Shown piece after piece: positions 43,940 through 52,426 of a DNA stretch of 64,000 nucleotides. This stretch comes from an uncultured Gammaproteobacteria bacterium. GTDB lineage: Bacteria > Pseudomonadota > Gammaproteobacteria > GCA-001735895. Where the stretch lies: contig CAJXUC010000002.1 in the NCBI GenBank assembly GCA_913061315.1, forward strand, positions 15,820-79,819. Reading direction: 5' to 3'. The notes under the pieces were generated by a model that ran no database searches, had not been told where the DNA came from, and saw nothing but the letters and a program-made list of their open reading frames with translations. The first letter of the stretch is position 1. Every line of letters begins with the position of its first letter. A program made the position numbers and the translations under genes.

Positions 43940-44857
43940 TTATCCACGTGGATGATGCCTTGCATGTAATGATTGTAGACGTGCTTGAGCAATATGCGTA
44001 TATATTTGAGTTGTCGATAAGCTACTGTGACCAAGCAGCATTTGAACGGTTCGCAGGTCAGCACCATGATTAAGTAAATGGGTTGCAAATGCATGACGCA
44101 ATGAATGTGGTGAATAGTTAGTTTTAATACCAGCCACTAACAGATGCTTTTTGATATTTTGCCAAAAGGCTTGGCGAGTAATTGCACTGCCCCGACTAGA
44201 CAAAAACAGAGCGTCACTTGTCACTTTAGAGCAAACCAACGATGGGCGCGCTTGCTTGAGGTAAAGCGTTATCCAGTACAAGGCTTCTTCTCCAACAGGA
44301 ATTACCCGCTCTTTATTACCTTTTCCAGTCAGTCTAACCAATCCCAAGTTCACATTAATTTGATTTACAGCTAAAGAAACCAGCTCACTAACACGCAGCC
44401 CAGAGCTGTACATTACCTCAAGCATACAACGATCACGTAACCCAAAGCTACTGACAATGTCGGGCGCCTCTAATAGTCGATTAACGTTCTTTTCTGTCAG
44501 AGTATTGGGTAATAGATGTTGTATTTTAGGTGAACTGATTAAAGCGCTAGGATTATCTGGACGATCACCACTTCGAACAAGATGACGGTAATATTGCTTT
44601 AGAGTAGACAGCATTCGGGCATTTGAACGAGCAGAAGAGCCATGTTCAAACCGAAGAGCAAGATAACTCTGAACATCAATTGAATTAGCCCACTTTAGTT
44701 CTTTGTTAGACGTTAGCAACCAGACTGAAAACTGTTTTAAATCTTGCTGATAAGCAGAGAGTGTTAAAGTGGCTAAACCTTTCTGCGCCCAAATCGTATC
44801 GATAAAATGATCTATCGATGGATCGAGATCAGTTAGTTTGTTGATCTTATTAACCAA
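43940..44857 (-). CDS. xerD: Tyrosine recombinase XerD
   Basis: GLRDRCMLE..YSSGLRVSEL, GKGNKER, SPHSLRHAFATHLLNHGADLR, LGH, TTQIYTH, HHPRG. Confidence 0.93.
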   Translation of the reverse strand: MVNKINKLTDLDPSIDHFIDTIWAQKGLATLTLSAYQQDLKQFSVWLLTSNKELKWANSIDVQSYLALRFEHGSSARSNARMLSTLKQYYRHLVRSGDRPDNPSALISSPKIQHLLPNTLTEKNVNRLLEAPDIVSSFGLRDRCMLEVMYSSGLRVSELVSLAVNQINVNLGLVRLTGKGNKERVIPVGEEALYWITLYLKQARPSLVCSKVTSDALFLSSRGSAITRQAFWQNIKKHLLVAGIKTNYSPHSLRHAFATHLLNHGADLRTVQMLLGHSSLSTTQIYTHIAQARLQSLHARHHPRG

Positions 44858-45038
44858 AAATATTGCTCTCGTTGATTTAATCCAAATGCAGTGAGACTCA
44901 CGCGTCCTCGATTATCGATTTACTGACTTTCAAATAAAGCCTCTTCCGAAGGGGAATAATCCAATGACTCACTTGAGCTAACAATAGAGGATGAGAGTTA
45001 ATTAAAGTTGCGAAAAACACTCGATCTATCTTGAACAT

Positions 45039-45065
45039 AAAAAAGGCACTATTTAAGTGCCTTTT
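45039..45065 (-). terminator. Rho-independent terminator of the histone-like gene
   Basis: Minus strand AAAAGGCACT-taaat-AGTGCCTTTTTT. Confidence 0.8.
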
Positions 45066-45088
45066 GAAATAAAACGTAGATCAAAAAG

Positions 45089-45721
45089 CTATTTTTTTGC
45101 TTTTTTCTTCTTGGCTTTTTTCTTTTTAGTTGTCAAAGACTTTTCTAAAGCCGCATTAGCTTTTTTATCCCAACCAATGAGAAACTTTTTGACTGCAGCT
45201 TGACGTTGACTGGCTAAAAGAGCCGTGGCACTTTCTCTTTTCTTGGTTGATTTAACCTCAGCTTTTAGGTCTGATAACTCTTGATTAAGCTCAGCTAAAT
45301 TTACTTTTAGCGCTTGAACTTTAATCGCAGCAGGAGATCCACTTACAACTGATTTAGATTTTTTGTTTACTGTAGATTTCTTCTTAAACACTGGCTTAGC
45401 ATTTTTATTTTTCACTGTAGGCCTAACTGCCTTTTTCACTGCAGGCTTTGCTGCCTTTTTCACTGCAGGCTTTGCTGCCTTTTTCACTGCAGGCTTTACT
45501 GCGGTCTTCTTTACTATTGGTTTGGCGGCCTTCTTCTTCACTGCAGGTTTAACTGCTGTCTTCTTTACTATTGGTTTGGCGGCCTTCTTCTTCACAGCAG
45601 ATTTCACTGCCAACTTTTTAACCGCAGGTTTAGCCGCCTTTTTCTTGGCAACTATTTTAACTGCCGCTTTCGCCTTTGCAGGTGCATCATGTGTTACATC
45701 TTTTTCATCAATCGCCATCAT
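45089..45721 (-). CDS. Histone H1-like Lys/Ala/Pro-rich protein with C-terminal coiled coil
   Basis: KPAVKKAA repeats, heptad-like LKVNLAELNQELSDLKAEV, poly-Lys tail; RBS AGGAG and own terminator. Confidence 0.8.
   Translation of the reverse strand: MMAIDEKDVTHDAPAKAKAAVKIVAKKKAAKPAVKKLAVKSAVKKKAAKPIVKKTAVKPAVKKKAAKPIVKKTAVKPAVKKAAKPAVKKAAKPAVKKAVRPTVKNKNAKPVFKKKSTVNKKSKSVVSGSPAAIKVQALKVNLAELNQELSDLKAEVKSTKKRESATALLASQRQAAVKKFLIGWDKKANAALEKSLTTKKKKAKKKKAKK
45427..45595. repeat. Intragenic tandem repeats (24 bp x3; 54 bp x2)
   Basis: CTGCCTTTTTCACTGCAGGCTTTG x3 from 45427; GTCTTCTTTACTATTGGTTTGGCGGCCTTCTTCTTCAC at 45504 and 45558. Confidence 0.85.
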
Positions 45722-45875
45722 TAAATCTCCTAAATTAAATATATACAGTAGTTATTATAAAAAGCATCTTTTCACTTTACAATAGCATAGAAACATTAAT
45801 TTATTGTTGATAGTTTCAATATTGGGACTAATATGACACTCCTTTTTAAATTTACTTTCAACCGTGGGTACTTCA

Positions 45876-46319
45876 ATGCCAAGCAACCTTCATAGCAAAT
45901 GCCCACCAGCAAGTTTAATCAAACAGATTGCTGCCATGATTTATGACAGTTTATTAATCATCGCTATATTATTTATTTCCACTGCAATAGCTCTCATTTT
46001 TAACGATGGGAAAGCATTTGAATCGAGTCCTATTTTTAGTTTCTATCTAGTATTAATTATTTTTATTTTTTATAGTTGGTTTTGGAAAAAGTCAGGCCAA
46101 ACTCTTGGCATGCGCGTCTGGAAAATACGTATTATTTCAGAGCTTGGGGGCAACCCCAGCTGGGCGATTTGTTTTTTAAGATTAACCTTCGCTCTATTAT
46201 CTATAGCGTGTTTCGGGATAGGTTACTGGTGGCGCTTATTTAAACCTTACACATGGCATGACAAGCTCAGTCAAACGCGCATTATCAGCCTCTCAGAGCT
46301 TCCTAAGGAACAACAGTAG
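45876..46319 (+). CDS. RDD family membrane protein
   Basis: IAAMIYD, GQTLGMRVWKIR, WHDKLSQT. Confidence 0.9.
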   Translation: MPSNLHSKCPPASLIKQIAAMIYDSLLIIAILFISTAIALIFNDGKAFESSPIFSFYLVLIIFIFYSWFWKKSGQTLGMRVWKIRIISELGGNPSWAICFLRLTFALLSIACFGIGYWWRLFKPYTWHDKLSQTRIISLSELPKEQQ

Positions 46320-46332
46320 CTTAACAAAAATT

Positions 46333-47400
46333 TTATGAGTTTGCTTTTCTATATAGCAAATAGATAGACAGTATAAAAAATAATACAGTCGGCGCTATAG
46401 CATTTATAACTGGTAATAGGTTGATTTGAATACCAAACTGAGTAATTAAACGACTGGTTACAAAATAAGTAAGTCCTAACAAAATACCAATAATTAAGCG
46501 CTGCCCAGTATTACCTTGACGTTGAGAACCAAGCACAAAAGGCACCGCTAAAAGACACATGACTATAACCGTTAATGGTGCAAAAACTTTTTGCCAAAAG
46601 GTTAAGCTTTCGACCGAGTTATCTAGATTATTTTTAACTAAGAATGTTTTATAGTCATATAAGTCAACACTCGACATCCGTCGCGGCTCGATCAACAAAG
46701 CATCCAGCAGTTTATTTGAAATTTTTCCTGTATAAATTAACTCATCAAAGCTTTCATTCTGAACTGAATCCTGTCTATATATAAGAGATCTTACCGTCTC
46801 TAATCTCCATTGATCCTCTGTTAGAATTGCCGTTTTGGCAATTAAGGTTTGAACCAGCTTACCGTCTTCATCTAGCCCATATATCTCTATGCCTTCCGCC
46901 CGACCACCAGGTCTAAGCAAATTAATGTGAATCACCTGATTGGCATCTTTAATCCATATACCTTTTTTCCCAATGATTGCCGGCGTATTAGTAATCGCCG
47001 AAGTCCTGCTTGCTCGCGCAGAAGTTTCACTTACAGGGACGACAAAATCAGCAACTAAAAACGTTAAAAACGCTAACAAAATAGCGGACAAAATGACCGA
47101 GCGTAACAAACCAGCGACAGACACCCCAGACGCCTGCATGGCAATTATCTCGCTGTTACTTGCTAACCCACCTAGACTCAAGATAGTGCCAATTAAAACC
47201 GCCAACGGCATAAATTCGACCACCTTGCCAGGTATACGCAGAACGATATATTCACCAATATGCACCATATTGTAATAACCTCGCCCTATGTCATCTAGCT
47301 CACCAATGAAAATAAAGAATAGACTAATGCTAACTAGAACCAATAGGGTCAAAACAACACCTTGAATGATGCGGCCTAAAATGTAGCGACCTAAAATCAC
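46333..47400 (-). CDS. lptG: LPS export ABC permease LptG
   Basis: GTG start overlapping the lptF stop; ILGRYI, LGGLASNSEIIAMQASG, GIWIKD. Confidence 0.93.
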   Translation of the reverse strand: MILGRYILGRIIQGVVLTLLVLVSISLFFIFIGELDDIGRGYYNMVHIGEYIVLRIPGKVVEFMPLAVLIGTILSLGGLASNSEIIAMQASGVSVAGLLRSVILSAILLAFLTFLVADFVVPVSETSARASRTSAITNTPAIIGKKGIWIKDANQVIHINLLRPGGRAEGIEIYGLDEDGKLVQTLIAKTAILTEDQWRLETVRSLIYRQDSVQNESFDELIYTGKISNKLLDALLIEPRRMSSVDLYDYKTFLVKNNLDNSVESLTFWQKVFAPLTVIVMCLLAVPFVLGSQRQGNTGQRLIIGILLGLTYFVTSRLITQFGIQINLLPVINAIAPTVLFFILSIYLLYRKANS

Positions 47401-48485
47401 CGACTGAGTACTCTTCGATGTAACACAAATCCTCGACCTGCTTTGACTAACAATATAATCGTTAAACCTATAAAAATTAAATGTATCCACCAAAAATTTA
47501 ACATTAAAGGAATATTACCTTGTTCAAGCTGAGATCGGCCAAAGGCCATCAGATTAAAGTAAGCAATATAAACCAACAACGCATAGCCAATTTTTCCGAA
47601 CTGTCCTTTTCTGGGAGCAACATAAGAAAGAGGCACCGCTAACAGCGCCAACACTATTAACACTAAAGGAATTGATATGCGCCACATTAGCTCCACTTTG
47701 TCTTTCAATTCGGTTGAACGCCATAGCAATGCGGGTGGTTTTTCTCGTTCACGTATTCTGTATGAATCACTGACAACCTTTTTGGCTATTAATATTCCAT
47801 GTTGTTTAAATTGTATAACTTTGACATTCTTTTTTCCGAGCTCTAACTCTGTTCTTTCGCCAGGTCCAACCACCAAAAATAAATCTCCAGTAATTTCATC
47901 TATTTTATGCCGTCCTGATTTTGCCGTTTCTAAAGCTCTGGTTTTTTCTGTCGACTGGCTAATTATGACATTATGCAAAACTTGTTTGTCTTCACTAATT
48001 GACTCCATAAAAAATACATGGGCACCACTTTTACTTTGATTAAACTGACCAGCCTTAACCTGATTAAATTCATGTATATTCTTGCTATTAGAAACTATGG
48101 ATTGGGCGCTGCGCTGTACCGATGAATTTAACCAAACACTGGTAAATGCGTTGAGAATAAAAACAGGCAAGATAACGAGAAGTATGGATTTATAAAACTG
48201 CCAGTAACCCATGCCACAAGCGTTCATAACTGAAATTTCATGATCTTTATACAATCGACCAAAAGCGAAAACGATACCCAGAAAAAAGCTAATAGGTAGC
48301 AATAATGTAAAAATTTTGACTGATTGACTCAACAATACGGGCCAAAGTGCTTGCTGTGGGATTTCGCCATCGGCAACATCAGCCAACAATCGACCTAAAG
48401 AATTACTCATTAAGATAATAAAAAGTATAAGAACTGTTGCACAACTGCATTTCAGCACTTCAAAACTAATATAACGAGTAATAAT
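47397..48485 (-). CDS. lptF: LPS export ABC permease LptF
   Basis: IITRYISFEV, GRLYKDHEISVMNACG, LAVPLS..PRKG. The reading frame extends upstream of the track's GTG (48458) with no canonical start. Confidence 0.92.
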   Translation of the reverse strand: MITRYISFEVLKCSCATVLILFIILMSNSLGRLLADVADGEIPQQALWPVLLSQSVKIFTLLLPISFFLGIVFAFGRLYKDHEISVMNACGMGYWQFYKSILLVILPVFILNAFTSVWLNSSVQRSAQSIVSNSKNIHEFNQVKAGQFNQSKSGAHVFFMESISEDKQVLHNVIISQSTEKTRALETAKSGRHKIDEITGDLFLVVGPGERTELELGKKNVKVIQFKQHGILIAKKVVSDSYRIREREKPPALLWRSTELKDKVELMWRISIPLVLIVLALLAVPLSYVAPRKGQFGKIGYALLVYIAYFNLMAFGRSQLEQGNIPLMLNFWWIHLIFIGLTIILLVKAGRGFVLHRRVLSR

Positions 48486-48855
48486 ATTGGGAATAAAAAA
48501 AATTATGATTGCTCGCAGTTAGTATTCATTTCAGTAACCAACTAAGGTTGTAGTTCATAAAAAAATGAACTTATAGTCATGGTTTAGCATTGATTTAAGA
48601 CAATGTTAAAAATATCATTCACTGTTAGAAGCCCCTTCTATTTTGCAATTAGGAGGCCATTAATACTTAGAATTTACATTAATTGGTCTGATTAGTAATG
48701 TAAAATGACATTATCAGCAAGCATATTAGACTCAGTTTAAATTAATAAAGATAAACCCGGACTGAATTATCCGACAAAATTAGCACTTTTGGCTGGTTTT
48801 TTTTTCTTCTTCACGTATCTTATCTCGTTATCAATATTATCACATCGGAATATTT

Positions 48856-50343
48856 ATGGATTTCAATTTTAAAACTGGTTCACCTGAAAAGCAACGAAGT
48901 GCATGTTTAATCATTGCGGTGTCACATCCACAGAAATTATCGTCGGCTGGACACGCAGTTGACAAAGCAAGCGATGGATTCTTGTCTCAAATTATTAGGC
49001 AGGGTGACATGGATGGCAAAGCAGGTCAGACCTTATTATTACACAATGTATCAGGCACATTGGCTGATCGCATTTTACTAATTGGTATCGGTAAAGAAAC
49101 AGATTTAAACGAGCGTTCTTTTAGTCGCGTAATCGCCAGTGTACAGAGTGCACTAGCTAATTCGGGTGCAACCGATGCTTATAGCTGCCTTAGTGAAATC
49201 GCCGTCGGCAGCCATGATATTGATTGGAATATACGTCACACCGTTATGAAGCTTGGTAATGGCGAATATAAGTTCGACCAAATGAAAAGCATCAAAGCGG
49301 AAAAGAAAAAAGGATTAAAGAAATTCACAATTCATCTCTCTAGCCGCAGTGCAATGAAAAAAGCTGAAATAGCAATATCTCAGGGAATCGCCATTACTGC
49401 AGGAATGGACATGGCCCGGGACTTAGGCAACTTACCTGGAAATGTGTGTACTCCCAGCTATATCGCTAAACAAGCAAAGCAATTGGCGAAAGGCAACAAA
49501 CAGCTCAAGGTCGAAGTCCTTGAAGAAGCCGATATGCGAAAGCTCAAAATGGGCTCACTTTTATCGGTAGGTATGGGCAGTCGCGAGCCAGCTAAACTGG
49601 TATCAATCGAATATAAGGGCGGTAAGGCAAAAGATAAGCCCATTGTGTTGGTCGGCAAAGGCGTGACGTTTGATACGGGCGGCATATCATTAAAAGGTGG
49701 CGCTGGCATGGATGAAATGAAATATGATATGTGTGGTGCGGCATCCGTCCTTGGCACCATAAGCGCCATCGCCGAACTAAAACTAGCCATAAATGTAGTT
49801 GGCATCGTTCCAACTACAGAAAACATGCCGGATGGCCTTGCAACTAAACCTGGCGATATTGTGACCAGCATGTCGGGACAAACAATAGAAGTGCTTAACA
49901 CAGACGCTGAAGGCAGGCTAATATTGTGTGATGCCCTTACCTATGCAGCGAAATTTAATCCACTATATGTGATCGACATTGCAACTCTAACGGGAGCCTG
50001 CATTGTTGCTTTAGGTAAAGTGCCGTCTGCGGTACTTGGAAATGATGAAACGTTGATTAACAGCCTAATAGCTTCAGGCAAGACTATCGAAGATAAATTG
50101 TGGGAGTTGCCGCTTTGGGATGAATATCAAGAGCAGCTTGATAGTAACTTTGCAGATATTGCCAATATTGGTGGTAGGGATGCAGGTACGATTACTGCAG
50201 CTTGCTTCCTTTCTCGCTTCACTAAAAAGTATAAATGGGCGCATCTCGATATTGCAGGTACCGCCTGGAAATCTGGCGCAGAGAAAGGAGCCACAGGTCG
50301 TCCAGTGCCGCTACTAACTCAATTTATCCTTGACCATTGCTGA
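48856..50343 (+). CDS. pepA: Leucyl aminopeptidase PepA
   Basis: GKGVTFDTGG, MKYDMCG, NTDAEGRL, WAHLDIAG, GATGRPV. Confidence 0.97.
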   Translation: MDFNFKTGSPEKQRSACLIIAVSHPQKLSSAGHAVDKASDGFLSQIIRQGDMDGKAGQTLLLHNVSGTLADRILLIGIGKETDLNERSFSRVIASVQSALANSGATDAYSCLSEIAVGSHDIDWNIRHTVMKLGNGEYKFDQMKSIKAEKKKGLKKFTIHLSSRSAMKKAEIAISQGIAITAGMDMARDLGNLPGNVCTPSYIAKQAKQLAKGNKQLKVEVLEEADMRKLKMGSLLSVGMGSREPAKLVSIEYKGGKAKDKPIVLVGKGVTFDTGGISLKGGAGMDEMKYDMCGAASVLGTISAIAELKLAINVVGIVPTTENMPDGLATKPGDIVTSMSGQTIEVLNTDAEGRLILCDALTYAAKFNPLYVIDIATLTGACIVALGKVPSAVLGNDETLINSLIASGKTIEDKLWELPLWDEYQEQLDSNFADIANIGGRDAGTITAACFLSRFTKKYKWAHLDIAGTAWKSGAEKGATGRPVPLLTQFILDHC

Positions 50344-50375
50344 GCTATTATAACTAAGGGCTGATATCCATCACC

Positions 50376-50798
50376 ATGACACGCGTCGACTTTTATCAAT
50401 TGAACCCAAAACAACACAACTCGGATCGTGTTGTTTGTCAACTGTGTCAAAAGGCTTACGACAAAAATCAAAAGACACTATTGCTAACGCAAAGTTCACA
50501 ACAAACGGCTTATCTTGAGGAACAACTATGGATCTTCGATGAGGATAGTTTCCTTCCCCATGATTCTGATTTTAAGGGAGAGTCTAATGCTTTCCTATCG
50601 CCTATATTGATCCATAATCAGCCCGACCCTCAAGGTGAACGGCAGCTTCTGATAAACTTGTCATTGTCGATACCCTTTTATTTTGCACAGTTTGAACGGG
50701 TAATCGAGCTGGTCACCGAAGACAACAAAAAGAGTGCACGAGAGCATTATGCCTTTTATAAAGAGCGTGGTTATCCACTTAACCATCACACGCTTTAA
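50376..50798 (+). CDS. holC: DNA polymerase III chi subunit
   Basis: MTRVDFY, LW...SFLPH, FERVIE, AREHY.FYKERGY. Confidence 0.93.
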   Translation: MTRVDFYQLNPKQHNSDRVVCQLCQKAYDKNQKTLLLTQSSQQTAYLEEQLWIFDEDSFLPHDSDFKGESNAFLSPILIHNQPDPQGERQLLINLSLSIPFYFAQFERVIELVTEDNKKSAREHYAFYKERGYPLNHHTL

Positions 50799-50829
50799 CT
50801 CATCTCTGATAACTCATACCCTATAGCTT

Positions 50830-51141
50830 ATGCTTAAAAGTGATCACATTCCCGTTTTGACCGATTTGATCGAGAAAGGCACTGACATTAAACTGACTGA
50901 GCTCGAGCATAACGAAGATTTAATTGTAGGGGCAAACCGTCGTGAAGAACCACATATTAATGTAGCCCAACTTTATTTTAAGGAAGAGATTGAGGCTGAA
51001 GCTGGACCAACTAGCCCCACTTTTACGAATGATGATGATTTAGAAAAAACAATTCAAAACATACTTAACGAGCATATGAAACAAATTTTGACAGAAATTA
51101 AATTAGCTATCCAAAAAACTGGTAAGTCGTCTTTCGATTGA
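50830..51141 (+). CDS. Small acidic hypothetical protein (DUF2486-like N-terminal IPVLTD motif)
   Basis: IPVLTDLIE motif, acidic linker, C-terminal amphipathic helix; lies directly after holC. Confidence 0.6.
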   Translation: MLKSDHIPVLTDLIEKGTDIKLTELEHNEDLIVGANRREEPHINVAQLYFKEEIEAEAGPTSPTFTNDDDLEKTIQNILNEHMKQILTEIKLAIQKTGKSSFD

Positions 51142-51288
51142 ATTTTCAAACCTTTTATTTATAGTGGTGACCTTAAAAAAGCTTACGCGTTTTTCCTTTT
51201 TAACAATCTTTGGCATCGGACTGAGTTGATTATTATTGATGATCAACTGAAATTAGGCTGCTTTATTTGAAGCCCATTGGAGTTCAAT

Positions 51289-52320
51289 ATGGACAATTTT
51301 CTAGCGACAAGTCTACCCATTATTCAATCTCCAATGGCAGGCGTTCAGAACAGCACACTGACTATTGCTGTATCTTCGGCCGGAGGCCTTGGCTCCCTGC
51401 CCTGCGCATTGTTAAGTATTGAAGAACTTCAAATCGAACTAAATGTCTTAGCACAAAATAACAATAGACCCTTTAATGCCAATTTTTTCTGCCATCAGCC
51501 TCCCAAAATTAACCCCGAACGTGAAGCAAAATGGCGGTTAGAACTTAAACCTTTTTTTACTGAACTTGGCATGGATATTGGTAACATTCCAACAGAACCT
51601 AATCATCAACCATTCAATCATCAAATGGCAGATGTACTCGAGGTTTATAAACCACCTGTCATTAGCTTTCACTTTGGATTACCGTCAGCTGATCTGGTAA
51701 AACGAGTCAAAAGTTGGGGTTCCACTATTATTAGTTCTGCAACAACTGTCGCAGAAGCCCAATGGCTGGAAGCCAATGGTGCTGACGCTATCATTGCACA
51801 AGGACTTGAAGCTGGAGGGCATCGCGGTATGTTTCTGTCAGAAGACTTGACCACACAGATCGGTACATTTTCGTTGTTACCCCAAATCATCAAAAAAGTA
51901 AGGATACCCGTTATCGCAGCAGGAGGTATTTCAGATGCAGTCAGTGTCTCGGCAGCAATCTCACTCGGAGCGAGTGCCGTTCAGGTCGGGACTGCGTATT
52001 TACTCTGCACTGAAACTGACACTAGTCAAATACACCGGGCAGCCATAAAAAGTGACGCATCACATCACACAGCGATTACCAACCTTTTTTCTGGCCGACC
52101 CGCCCGCAGTATTGTCAATCGTGTAATGACTGAAATTGGTCCAATCAACCAAAATACACCGGAATTTCCACTAGCCTTAACTGCAATTAGAGCACTTAAA
52201 AAGCAAACTGAAATAGCTGGTATTGGTGACTTTTCGTCTCTATGGTGCGGGCAAAATGCTACCGGCTGTCGAGAAATTTCTGCATCAGAGATGACACGAT
52301 CTTTAGCTACCAAACTTTAA
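51289..52320 (+). CDS. Nitronate monooxygenase family flavin oxidoreductase
   Basis: PIIQSPMAG, ISFHFG, AQGLEAGGHRG, IAAGGI, VQVGTAYL. Confidence 0.92.
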   Translation: MDNFLATSLPIIQSPMAGVQNSTLTIAVSSAGGLGSLPCALLSIEELQIELNVLAQNNNRPFNANFFCHQPPKINPEREAKWRLELKPFFTELGMDIGNIPTEPNHQPFNHQMADVLEVYKPPVISFHFGLPSADLVKRVKSWGSTIISSATTVAEAQWLEANGADAIIAQGLEAGGHRGMFLSEDLTTQIGTFSLLPQIIKKVRIPVIAAGGISDAVSVSAAISLGASAVQVGTAYLLCTETDTSQIHRAAIKSDASHHTAITNLFSGRPARSIVNRVMTEIGPINQNTPEFPLALTAIRALKKQTEIAGIGDFSSLWCGQNATGCREISASEMTRSLATKL

Positions 52321-52426
52321 GAAGACTTTAATCGCCTGCCTTTTAGAAAATCGTGCATTCATCATTCATTCTTGGATAGCCCCTGTGTATAATCCCGAAC
52401 TACTTTATTGACTGATCTGCATTACC

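Noticed and set aside
43940-44857. Tyrosine recombinase as a prophage/island integrase
   Set aside because: Carries XerD signatures (LLNHGADLR, HHPRG end); no att repeats, tRNA or phage genes nearby.
44898-45038. 46-aa minus-strand ORF upstream of xerD
   Set aside because: Starts immediately after a terminator, has no RBS and no recognisable motif.
45363-45785. 140-aa hydrophobic + strand ORF (FFTAGFAA repeats)
   Set aside because: Antisense shadow of the Lys/Ala repeats of the histone-like gene, which has the RBS and terminator.
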